From assembly GCA_963663965.2 (NCBI GenBank), contig CAXXFK010000001.1:1-64000 (forward strand): a DNA stretch of 64,000 bases, in the 5' to 3' direction. The first letter of the stretch is position 1, and every line of letters starts with the position of its first letter. Shown piece by piece: positions 41,532 to 50,448 of this stretch. This DNA is from Sedimentisphaerales bacterium. GTDB taxonomy: Bacteria; Planctomycetota; Phycisphaerae; Sedimentisphaerales; SM23-30. The notes under the pieces are model-generated. The model made no database searches and had not been told where the DNA came from. It was given only the letters and a program-made list of their open reading frames with translations. A program made the position numbers and the translations under genes.

Positions 41532-43100
41532 TTATTGCCCCATAACAAAGTCGACGCTTTTCTCGACCACCGCGTTAGACGATACCCGCGGCGCCTTCCC
41601 GCTGGCCGTCGTCAGCCCCCGCACCCGCAGTTTCTCACACAAGGCATACGGATAGGGCCGTTGCGCCAATTCCTGATCTTTCAGCCCGCCCGGATCACTC
41701 AACAAATACATGCCCTGGTAATCCTCAGGATGATTCGAATCATCCACCGTCAGCCCGTCAATGGTTATCTCCCGCGGCATAAAACAGGGATAGCCAAAAT
41801 CGTGCTTGCTATCGTTGTGCGCGTCAATCAGGCACGGCCAGCTCTTATCCCCGCAGTTGGGCGCCCACCGGCAGTTGCGAATCACCACATCGCCCTCCCA
41901 CGTACTGCCATAATCGCCCCGGAAACTGATCAGCGCTCGGCCGTAAAGCGTGGAATCCTCCACCAGAAGCCGGCCCCGGCCGATGGCATTCAGCCCCATG
42001 TAACCCAGCGTACAACGCCGGATCACATAGCTGCCCGAAACCCCCATATGCGTATCCATCCTGGACAGCGTACAGTCTTCCAGCAGAATGTTCTTGCAGA
42101 AGTCCGTCGCAATCACCCCCCAGCGCGTCCGATCGTTAATCAGATTCATCCGGCAGTTGATCATACTGAAATTGACCACGTTGTCCGCCCGATAGTCGTA
42201 CGACCCCATACTGACCGGCTTGTCAGCCGCCCCGATGGTTGAATAGGTCTTGTGTCCCGTGGCGAAACAGTTACGCAGCGTAATATTGGCGCAGTTGCTG
42301 ATACTGATAAAGCCGCCATAGGGATGGCCGAATTCCGTTTCCCCCACAATATAGTGGGTCAGGCCATCCACTTCCGTATTGGAACGGAAGATCTTGATAT
42401 TCCTGGACCAGTAGTTATAGCCCACCTCCTGCTTCATCCGGTTGGCGATTGTGGCAAAAACCCCGCCGCGCAGCACCAGCCGTTTTTCATCGATCGGACG
42501 GGCCTCAACCCGGCTCACCTCATCGTAATCCCAGTCGATATCCCCTTCGATCGACCCATCCCGGCGCAGGATAAAACAGTCATGCTGGGATGTCCCCGAG
42601 TTCTGATTGAGTCCGCGCCGGATATACCGCTTTATTTTACTGTTCGTCACCACCACATGACAATCCCGCTCCGGCCGCACCTCCAGCTGCTTCTGATCCC
42701 GTTTCAGCCGGTCGATCCGCAATGATTCCCCTTTAAGCAGCGAACGTACTTCGAACAAGGCCGCCCTGTGGTTCTCCACCTCAGTATCATCAACCGTAAA
42801 TCGCGAGGTATTCCAATCCGTATCGGTCGCGATAATCGCGGTCAGCGCCCGGCTGCCCAGATGATAGCTCGCACCCGGCTTCGATCTCACACTCAACCCA
42901 TGTTCATTGGCATACTCATGCGCCTTGCAGATCGCCGCCAGGTCATCCGTCACCCCATCCCCCTTCGCCCCGAACGACTCATAAGTCACCACCTCATCCC
43001 CCCACACCACCGCACTCCCGTCATAACCCCCCAATAAAGCAACCAACCCCAAAAGCGCCGCCATCGACACCGGCAATACCGTATTTCGTATAAAATTCAT
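41532..43100 (-). CDS. Secreted pectin-lyase-fold (beta-helix) protein
   Basis: Signal peptide; YESFGAKGDGVTDD pectate_lyase_3-type start; repeated I..C beta-helix rungs. Confidence 0.7.
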   Translation of the reverse strand: MNFIRNTVLPVSMAALLGLVALLGGYDGSAVVWGDEVVTYESFGAKGDGVTDDLAAICKAHEYANEHGLSVRSKPGASYHLGSRALTAIIATDTDWNTSRFTVDDTEVENHRAALFEVRSLLKGESLRIDRLKRDQKQLEVRPERDCHVVVTNSKIKRYIRRGLNQNSGTSQHDCFILRRDGSIEGDIDWDYDEVSRVEARPIDEKRLVLRGGVFATIANRMKQEVGYNYWSRNIKIFRSNTEVDGLTHYIVGETEFGHPYGGFISISNCANITLRNCFATGHKTYSTIGAADKPVSMGSYDYRADNVVNFSMINCRMNLINDRTRWGVIATDFCKNILLEDCTLSRMDTHMGVSGSYVIRRCTLGYMGLNAIGRGRLLVEDSTLYGRALISFRGDYGSTWEGDVVIRNCRWAPNCGDKSWPCLIDAHNDSKHDFGYPCFMPREITIDGLTVDDSNHPEDYQGMYLLSDPGGLKDQELAQRPYPYALCEKLRVRGLTTASGKAPRVSSNAVVEKSVDFVMGQ

Positions 43101-43270
43101 GGACATACCTTTTAATTCAACGCAAGTTAATTCTGAAATCAATATTTACATAACGCCCGTTAACTCAGATAATTCCGTAAAAATCAAAAATACCCACTTA
43201 CCTGCCCAATCGATCGTAACATACCTGATCTCCACTACCGACCTTACCTCATATCCCCACCTTAACACTC

Positions 43271-43340
43271 ATCCGTATCAATCCCTTCCGGCCCGTGCCT
43301 GTCCGTGCAAGTCCGTGCCCGTCCTTATTCATCCATACAG
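43271..43340 (+). repeat. Degenerate tandem repeat, 10-bp period, about 7 units
   Basis: ATCCGTATCA/ATCCCTTCCG/GCCCGTGCCT/GTCCGTGCAA/GTCCGTGCCC/GTCCTTATTC/ATCCATACAG. Confidence 0.7.
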
Positions 43341-43488
43341 GCGTCCCTTGTGGAGCCCTTCCAAATTATCATAGAAAAGTCTGATTTCAGATGTTAAACT
43401 AAATTCCTGTTAAGTATCGATCCCGGCTGAAATGATGCCAACATCATCAACTAATTGATGCAACTGATTAATATAACTGCAATTACAA

Positions 43489-45021
43489 ATGTTTGAAGAA
43501 TTATTAACACAATGTCTTTTGTCACAAGCGGATACAACAAGAAAGCTTGCAAACAGCAAACTGGAAGTTGAAACAAAAAGTTCTTTTGGACAATACCTGA
43601 CTCCGACTCCTATTGCTTCTTTTATGGCGTCGCTATTTCCAGTTCCATCAAAAAAGAACATTAGATTGTTAGATCCTGGCGCGGGCGTTGGCAGTTTAAC
43701 CTTGGCGTTCGTTGACCGTTTGAACAGAAAACTCAAAAATTACCATATCGAGGTAGATGCTTATGAAATCGATTCTCTAATAAGAACTTATCTTGAACAG
43801 AATCTGAAATTATGCGAAAAAAAAGCTGAAATCAACAGCAACTCACTGGTATCACATATATGGGAAGAAGATTTTATCATCAAAGCTTCTGACAAATTAT
43901 CTTCGAGTGACAGTCTGTGGCCGGAGGTGATAGATAAATACACGCATTGTATAATGAATCCGCCTTATAAAAAAATTTCATCCTCTTCACGTCACCGGGC
44001 ATCTTTACGCAAAGTCGGTATTGAAACGGTTAATTTATATTCCGCTTTTTTAGCCTTAGCCCTTCTTCTCCTTGAAAATAATGGTCATCTGGTAGCTATA
44101 ATACCTAGAAGTTTTTGCAATGGACTTTATTACCGCCCGTTTAGAGAATTCCTTTTAAATCATGCCGCATTGAAAAGAATTCATCTATTCGAGTCCAGGA
44201 ATAAGGCGTTTAAGGATGACAAAGTATTACAGGAAAATATCATCTTGGCGCTGGAAAAAGGCGGCCGGCAAAAAGACGTTGCTATTTCGACATCCACCGA
44301 TGACACCCTTTCGGATATAACTATTTCAAGGCATCCTTTCAATCAGATTGTCAAGACCAATGACAAAGAACTCTATATCCATATTCCATTATCATCCAGT
44401 TCCAATCATTCGGACTTTGATGATATTTTTTGCTATTCCCTGAACCAGATCGGATTACATGTTTCAACCGGCCCGGTCGTGGATTTTCGCATGAAAGATC
44501 AATTGCGAAAAATGCCTGAAAAAGGAGCCGTACCACTTCTATACCCTTGCCATTTTAAGGGATCTGATATTCTATGGCCAATGGAAACAGGAAAAAAACC
44601 GAATGCGATCATGTTCAACCAGGTAACCCAGAAATGGTTATATCCAAACGGTTTTTATACTGTGATCCGCCGTTTTTCGTCTAAGGAAGAAAAGCGCCGA
44701 GTGGTGGCAAGCGTTGTTGATCCTGCCGCATTTGGCAAAGTCAATAAACTTGGCCTGGAAAACCATCTCAATATTTTCCACAACAATAAAAAACCATTAA
44801 CGGAAGAAATTGCCAGAGGTCTTGCTGTTTATCTCAATTCGACCTTTGTTGATAACAATTTCCGCAGTTTCAGCGGCCATACTCAAGTGAATGCGACCGA
44901 CCTGAAATGCCTGAAATATCCGAGTCGAACAATCCTTGCCGAGCTTGGAAGGTGGGCGATGAACCGGCATCTCTTAAGCCAGAATATGATTGACAAACAA
45001 ATCGAAAGAATCTCACGATGA
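43489..45021 (+). CDS. Type II N6-adenine DNA methyltransferase (M.PstI/M.BsuBI-like)
   Basis: GQYLTP, LLDPGAGVG (motif I), NPPY (motif IV), STGPVVDFR, FSGHTQVNATDL. Confidence 0.92.
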   Translation: MFEELLTQCLLSQADTTRKLANSKLEVETKSSFGQYLTPTPIASFMASLFPVPSKKNIRLLDPGAGVGSLTLAFVDRLNRKLKNYHIEVDAYEIDSLIRTYLEQNLKLCEKKAEINSNSLVSHIWEEDFIIKASDKLSSSDSLWPEVIDKYTHCIMNPPYKKISSSSRHRASLRKVGIETVNLYSAFLALALLLLENNGHLVAIIPRSFCNGLYYRPFREFLLNHAALKRIHLFESRNKAFKDDKVLQENIILALEKGGRQKDVAISTSTDDTLSDITISRHPFNQIVKTNDKELYIHIPLSSSSNHSDFDDIFCYSLNQIGLHVSTGPVVDFRMKDQLRKMPEKGAVPLLYPCHFKGSDILWPMETGKKPNAIMFNQVTQKWLYPNGFYTVIRRFSSKEEKRRVVASVVDPAAFGKVNKLGLENHLNIFHNNKKPLTEEIARGLAVYLNSTFVDNNFRSFSGHTQVNATDLKCLKYPSRTILAELGRWAMNRHLLSQNMIDKQIERISR

Positions 45022-45974
45022 CTCCTGCTGATCTACACAAACATATCAGTAATGCAATGTCTATTCTGGCTGCATTGGGCATGCCCCGTGCCCAACAGAA
45101 TGAACGCTCTGCGTTATGTCTGCTTGCTTTGCTCAATTTGACACCCAAGAAATCCTGGAAACAGGCCGAGAAACCCCTGATGGGTATTACCCCAATCATG
45201 GATTGGGCCAGGCAATATTATCATAAGGAATACGCTCCCAATACCCGGGAAACGGTTCGAAGACAAACGATGCACCAATTCGTAAATGCCGGAATCGCGC
45301 TTTATAACCCGGATAAGCCTGATCGTCCAGTAAATAGTCCTAAGGCAGTTTATCAGATCGAAGATTCGGTATTTGAACTGCTCCGTTCTTTCAAAACATC
45401 AGCCTGGCAAGACCATCTGGCATCCTATTTGGTTAATCGAGAAACGCTTGCCTCACGTTACGCTAAGGAACGAAATCAAAACCGGATCCCGATAACGATT
45501 GCAAAAGGTAAAAAAATATCCCTGAGTCCCGGCGACCACAGTGAATTAATACGAGAAATCATAGAAAATTTTGCCCCAAGATTCGTTCCAGGCGCATACT
45601 TAATCTATGCAGGTGACACCGGTGATAAATGGGGTTACTTTGATAAAAAAATTCTATCTGGTCTTGGCATCAGCGTTGACTCGCATGGCAAGATGCCCGA
45701 TGTGGTATTGTTTTGTAAAAAACGGAACTGGTTGATATTGATTGAATCCGTAACCAGTCATGGACCAATGGATGGCAAAAGATACACAGAATTATCTCAA
45801 CTCTTTTCAAATTCTAAAACCGGACTTGTTTTTGTCACAGCCTTTCCAAATCGCTCTACCATGAGTAAATATCTTGGCGAAATAGCATGGGAAACAGAAG
45901 TTTGGGTAGCCGATTCACCGTCTCATTTAATCCACTTCAATGGCGAACGTTTTCTTGGCCCTTATAATGATTAG
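45018..45974 (+). CDS. Type II restriction endonuclease, BsuBI/PstI family
   Basis: YAPNTRETVRR, HGKMPDVV, LIESVTSHGP, IAWETEVW; ATGA coupling with the methyltransferase. Confidence 0.92.
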   Translation: MTPADLHKHISNAMSILAALGMPRAQQNERSALCLLALLNLTPKKSWKQAEKPLMGITPIMDWARQYYHKEYAPNTRETVRRQTMHQFVNAGIALYNPDKPDRPVNSPKAVYQIEDSVFELLRSFKTSAWQDHLASYLVNRETLASRYAKERNQNRIPITIAKGKKISLSPGDHSELIREIIENFAPRFVPGAYLIYAGDTGDKWGYFDKKILSGLGISVDSHGKMPDVVLFCKKRNWLILIESVTSHGPMDGKRYTELSQLFSNSKTGLVFVTAFPNRSTMSKYLGEIAWETEVWVADSPSHLIHFNGERFLGPYND

Positions 45975-46008
45975 CGCCTGACTAATTTTTGACAAAAAAA
46001 CTGAAGGG

Positions 46009-46034
46009 CGCCTCTAATAATTGCTTTAGAGGCG
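46009..46034. terminator. Hairpin downstream of the R-M operon (possible terminator)
   Basis: CGCCTCTAA-TAATTGCT-TTAGAGGCG; lacks a clean U-tract. Confidence 0.4.
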
Positions 46035-46245
46035 AAAGCGAGGTTGATTTTTTCTGGCAAGGAACAAAGAACCGGGTGTACATGACTATATTCACGGTTC
46101 TTTGTGAAGCCATCCAGATAAAAGTCGGACTGCTTGCAATCCTGAATAAATTTTCTATCTAATAGTTTAAAAACACCGTGTAACTTGTTTGGGTTGATAA
46201 CAACCCATAAAAAACCATAGCAAATCAATAATAAACATCACATAA

Positions 46246-46277
46246 ACCTATAAGACCTATCGGACCTATAAGACCTG
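46246..46277 (+). repeat. 9-bp tandem repeat (ACCTATAAG-like, about 3.5 units)
   Basis: ACCTATAAG/ACCTATCGG/ACCTATAAG/ACCTG. Confidence 0.7.
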
Positions 46278-46339
46278 TTCTCCCAAAACACATACATATA
46301 ATTTATTTACATTGCTTTATTAATTAAATATTTATTTTA

Positions 46340-46368
46340 TTGACTTAACACAAAACAAGGTCTATAAT
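46340..46368 (+). promoter_or_regulatory. Near-consensus sigma70 promoter
   Basis: TTGACT-17 bp-TATAAT preceded by an AT-rich UP-like tract. Confidence 0.7.
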
Positions 46369-46444
46369 ACCACAGTCGGCCACCAACGGTCAAACTCGGA
46401 ATTTAATTTTACTGATTTGAACTCCATGAAAAAGAGGTGACCTC

Positions 46445-46762
46445 ATGAATCGTACAATACCAATTCTCCCCAGCACCCAACACATCCGCCACCCGCCCAA
46501 GCTATCATCCCCTCCGCCTCATCTCCCAATCCCGCTCCAACCACCCCAAATGCCAAACGAACCCAACACGAACATATTTAAATATAACCACATTTATAAC
46601 AACAACTTAACAACGCATGATGGGCAAATTAAAAATTTGACCATGCCAATAAATCCAGTAATGAACACAGCGAAAACCAACCCAAAACCAAACAAACCCA
46701 ACAGGACAAAAAATCACCCTAACCTCAACTGTGAGTGTGGCTTAGAAACATTAAAGAAATAA
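46445..46762 (+). CDS. Orphan small Pro/Asn-rich ORF carrying the CCAAACGAACCCAA repeat element
   Basis: AAGAGGTGA SD before the ATG and a promoter upstream; low-complexity product with no recognised domain. Confidence 0.4.
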   Translation: MNRTIPILPSTQHIRHPPKLSSPPPHLPIPLQPPQMPNEPNTNIFKYNHIYNNNLTTHDGQIKNLTMPINPVMNTAKTNPKPNKPNRTKNHPNLNCECGLETLKK

Positions 46763-47194
46763 TCCGCCTCCAGACGGATACAAATAATATCTCGAAGACC
46801 GAAGGTCCGCCTCAGGAGGAGATCAAAAGCACCTAGCCTACCAATTCATTGGCGGGTCCCAAATGAACCTGAAACGTGTATTTTTTAAACCCGCGCCTCG
46901 CAGAGGCGCTACCGACAGGATATCTCGCATAAGAGATAGATAAAACCAGCCATGAGCGCAGCGAACACCAACTAAAACCAAACGAACCCAATAAAAAGAA
47001 TAATGACCATAAGACCATACATAATAATTACTTATAATCCTCGGTGCCACCTTCAAGCGAAGCTTGTGGGTGGAGGCATTGCCCTGTGCTTAAGGTGCAG
47101 CCCTGTCCCCCAAATCATTGGGACAAAACTTGCCATCTTGCCTTCTTCCCCCCATAACAATCCCAACCACCCCATCGATTCCAAACGAACCCAA
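46553..47194 (+). repeat. Dispersed direct repeats CCAAACGAACCCAA and a ~73-bp degenerate duplication
   Basis: Exact 14-mers at 46553, 46978 and 47181; one-mismatch copy at 46688; 46650-46722 aligns with 46941-47012. Confidence 0.85.
46893..46912 (-). repeat. GTAG-type REP-like palindrome
   Basis: Minus strand GTAG-CGCCTC-TGC-GAGGCG-C: GTAG tetranucleotide followed by a perfect stem. Confidence 0.55.
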
Positions 47195-47292
47195 TTTCCC
47201 AGCCATATTCCCACACCTTATGCGTTATACCCACATCCATAAAGCCGCTTCACAATGAACCGGCCAACGCTCAAAAACCACAAACCACCAAA

Positions 47293-50004
47293 ATGAGGCA
47301 CGTTATGAATCTAAACCGTCTATCCCTGCCCATTCTGATCTCACTGCTCACCCTTGCCATCTCCGCCTCCGCCCAGGTCCGCTTCTTCGTCGCTCCCAAC
47401 GGCAACGACGCATGGTCCGGCCAGTTCCCCGCCCCCGTCCAATCCAACACCGACGGCCCCTGCCAGACCCTAACCGGCGCCCGCGACGCCATCCGCCGCC
47501 TGCGTACCGCACGAAACAATCCCATTCTCCCCGCCCAGGTCCATATCGCACCCGGCGTCTACTACCTCGAATCCCCCCTTATCCTCGAACCTCAGGATAG
47601 CAATACCCATTTCTTCTCCCCCAACGGCCAGGCCCAGTTCATCGGCGGCCGGCCCATCACCGGCTTCCAGCCCGGCCCCAACAACACCTGGCAGACCCGC
47701 ATCCCCCAGGTCGCCAACGGCCAATGGTATTTCGAACAACTTTTCGTCAACAACCAGCGCGCCACCCGCGCCCGCACCCCCAACAAGTTCTATTACTACA
47801 TCCGGGACATCGAACAAACCATCCTCGAAAAAGGTAACGGCCGCGTCGCCCATGAAGCCCGCCAGACCATCACCGCCTACCCCGGCGATCTCAATGCGTT
47901 ATCCACCCTCACACCCGAAGAATTCAACGATGTCACCATGATGGTCTACCACAAATGGGATGTCACCCGCCGCTTCCTCACCGCGTTCGATCCCGACAAC
48001 AACACCATCGCCACCGAAGGCGGCGGCATGAAACCCTGGAACTCCTGGCTCCAGAACGACCGCTACCACCTCGAAAATTTCCGCACCGCCCTCGATGCCC
48101 CCGGCGAATGGTTCCTCGATCGCTCCGGCCTGCTCACCTATATCCCCCTGCCCGGCCAGCGCATCGAATCCACCCAGTTCGTCGCCCCCATCGTCGAAAA
48201 CGTCATCATCGTCAAAGGCGAACCCCAAAATAAACGCTTCGTCCAGGATATCCAGTTCAGCGGTCTTAACTTCGCCTGCACCCGACACCTGCTTACCCCG
48301 CCCGGTTTCGAAGCCTCCCAGGCCGCCTACCCCATCGAAGCCGCGGTCATGCTCGACGGCGCCCAGAATGTTAACTTCGACCGCTGCCAGTTCGCCCACA
48401 TCGGCAAATACGGCCTCTGGTTCCGTAAAGGCTGCCAGAACTGTTCCATCACCCACAGCTATATCCACGATCTCGGCGCTGGCGGAGTCCGGATTGGCGA
48501 AGGCGGCATCGCCGCCAACCTCGATGAACGCACCCATCACAACACCATCGAAAATTGCATCATCCGCGACGGCGGCCATATCTACCCCTGCGCCGTCGGA
48601 GTCTGGATCGGCCACAGCGCCGACAACCGCGTTATCCACAACGAAATCGCCGATTTCCGCTACACCGGGGTTTCTGTCGGCTGGCGCTGGGGCTATGCCG
48701 AAAGCCTCGCCAAACGCAATCAGATCGACTTTAATCATATCCACCATATCGGCTGGGGCGTCCTCAGCGATATGGGCGGCGTCTACACCCTGGGCCCCTC
48801 CGAAGGTACCACCGTCAGCAACAACGTCATGCACGATATCTACTCCTGGAGCTACGGCGGCTGGGGACTCTACACCGACGAAGGCTCCACCGCTATCCAT
48901 ATGGAAAATAACATCGTTTACCGCACCAAAACCGGCGGCTTCCACCAGCACTACGGCAAAGAAAATATCATCCGCAACAACATCCTCGCCTTCGCCAAAG
49001 ACCACCAGATCCAGGCCACTCGCGTCGAAGAGCACCAGTCCTTCACCTTTACCAATAACATTATCATCTTCGACCAGGGCGCCCTGATGAGCGGCGCCTG
49101 GGACCGCGTCAAAATCGAGATGGATAAAAACTGCTTCTGGAACATCAACAACCAGCCGTTCGATTTCTACGGCCGTTCCTTCGCCGATTGGCAGAAACTC
49201 GGCCACGATCAACATTCCATTATCGCCGATCCCCTATTTGTCGACCCCAAAAATGATGACTTCCACCTGAAACCCGAGTCCCCCGTCTTCGACAAAATCG
49301 ATTTCAAACCCATCACCACCCAGGCCGGCGTCTATCGCGATGACACCGCCTGGTACCAACTGGCCAACAGCGTCGAATATCCCGATCTCCAACTGCCTCC
49401 CGGCCCCCCGCCCGCCAGTTGCAACGACACCTTCGAACGCACCCAGCCCGGCCAGCCCCCCCGCATGGCCGAAAGTAACGTCGAAGGCAAAGGCGATGCC
49501 ATCGTCGTCACCACCGATCACGCCGCCTCCGGTAAACAGAGCCTCAAAATCCAGGACGCCCCCGGCCTGTCCCAATCCTGGAATCCGCACCTGGTTTATA
49601 AAATCAACCATTCCGAAGGCGTCACCACCTGTGCTTTCGATCTCTTCCTCGATACTCAGACCAACCTGGTCCATGAATGGCGCGACTGGTCCGGCCAGCC
49701 TTACGCTTCCGGCCCCATGTTCAATATCCGCAACAGCAAACTCGAACTCCCCGGCCAGTCCCCCATCCCAATGCCCACCGGCCAGTGGATCCATTTCCAC
49801 CTCACCTGCGGCCTCGGCCCCCAGGCCGCCAACACCTGGCAACTCACCCTCACCCAACCCGACGGCAGCAAAAAAGAGTTCCCCACCCTCAAAATCAACA
49901 ATCCAAAATTCCAGAAACTCACCTGGATCGGCTTCATCAGCAACGCCACCACCAACACCGCCTTCTACCTCGACAATCTCAAAATCGAACCCAACCAACC
50001 TTAA
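47293..50004 (+). CDS. Secreted right-handed beta-helix glycoside hydrolase (GH141-like) with C-terminal beta-sandwich
   Basis: Signal peptide; [52 protein letters not shown]. Confidence 0.78.
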   Translation: MRHVMNLNRLSLPILISLLTLAISASAQVRFFVAPNGNDAWSGQFPAPVQSNTDGPCQTLTGARDAIRRLRTARNNPILPAQVHIAPGVYYLESPLILEPQDSNTHFFSPNGQAQFIGGRPITGFQPGPNNTWQTRIPQVANGQWYFEQLFVNNQRATRARTPNKFYYYIRDIEQTILEKGNGRVAHEARQTITAYPGDLNALSTLTPEEFNDVTMMVYHKWDVTRRFLTAFDPDNNTIATEGGGMKPWNSWLQNDRYHLENFRTALDAPGEWFLDRSGLLTYIPLPGQRIESTQFVAPIVENVIIVKGEPQNKRFVQDIQFSGLNFACTRHLLTPPGFEASQAAYPIEAAVMLDGAQNVNFDRCQFAHIGKYGLWFRKGCQNCSITHSYIHDLGAGGVRIGEGGIAANLDERTHHNTIENCIIRDGGHIYPCAVGVWIGHSADNRVIHNEIADFRYTGVSVGWRWGYAESLAKRNQIDFNHIHHIGWGVLSDMGGVYTLGPSEGTTVSNNVMHDIYSWSYGGWGLYTDEGSTAIHMENNIVYRTKTGGFHQHYGKENIIRNNILAFAKDHQIQATRVEEHQSFTFTNNIIIFDQGALMSGAWDRVKIEMDKNCFWNINNQPFDFYGRSFADWQKLGHDQHSIIADPLFVDPKNDDFHLKPESPVFDKIDFKPITTQAGVYRDDTAWYQLANSVEYPDLQLPPGPPPASCNDTFERTQPGQPPRMAESNVEGKGDAIVVTTDHAASGKQSLKIQDAPGLSQSWNPHLVYKINHSEGVTTCAFDLFLDTQTNLVHEWRDWSGQPYASGPMFNIRNSKLELPGQSPIPMPTGQWIHFHLTCGLGPQAANTWQLTLTQPDGSKKEFPTLKINNPKFQKLTWIGFISNATTNTAFYLDNLKIEPNQP

Positions 50005-50017
50005 GGAAACCCCTTGT

Positions 50018-50296
50018 ATGCTACTGACATTTGAAACTGCCGGCCGGCCCTGGCTGATCGCCGCACTGGTCAGCTGGTCCATCGCCCTGTTTGAATACCT
50101 CATCCAGGTTCCCGCCAACCGCATCGGCCACACCGCCTTCTCTGTCGGCCAGCTCAAAATCCTCCAGGAAGTCATTACCCTGATGGTTTTTGTCCCATTT
50201 TCCCTGTTTTACCTGAAAGAATCTTTCCGAACGGACTATATCTGGGCTGGCCTGTGTATCCTGGGAGCGGTTTACTTCATTTTCCGCGCCCAATAA
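50018..50296 (+). CDS. DMT-family (DUF486-like) small membrane protein, apparently N-terminally truncated
   Basis: SWSIALFEY.IQVPANRIG, QLKILQEVITL, DYIWAG; the usual first TM segment appears absent. Confidence 0.7.
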   Translation: MLLTFETAGRPWLIAALVSWSIALFEYLIQVPANRIGHTAFSVGQLKILQEVITLMVFVPFSLFYLKESFRTDYIWAGLCILGAVYFIFRAQ

Positions 50297-50448
50297 ACTT
50301 AAGGGTACCTCAAAAAATTCATTCAGAGCGGCAAGAGGTCTGATTTTCCCTTTTATTTCTTACCTGGTTTCGATAAAATATACAGGTGTGGTATGATCTC
50401 TGCGTTTAATGGGTAATATACTGTTTAACCATTAACCCAGGTGGAAAT

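Noticed and set aside
43393..46210. Integron cassette (GTTAAAC upstream of the methyltransferase, hairpins downstream)
   Set aside because: No RYYYAAC inverse core or attC-like long palindrome after the restriction gene, and no integrase.
46650..47012. Possible DGR template/variable repeat pair
   Set aside because: Mismatches are not confined to adenines in either copy, there is an indel, and no reverse transcriptase is in the window.
43271..47194. CRISPR array
   Set aside because: The repeats are 9-14 bp, either tandem or irregularly spaced, with no constant-length spacers and no cas genes.
47899..50175. Long antisense and alternate-frame ORFs (47899-49215, 48095-49087, 49234-50175; likewise 5723-7525, 11428-12903, 38122-39417)
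   Set aside because: They are shadows of well-supported genes, produced by the strong third-position codon bias, with no recognisable motifs.
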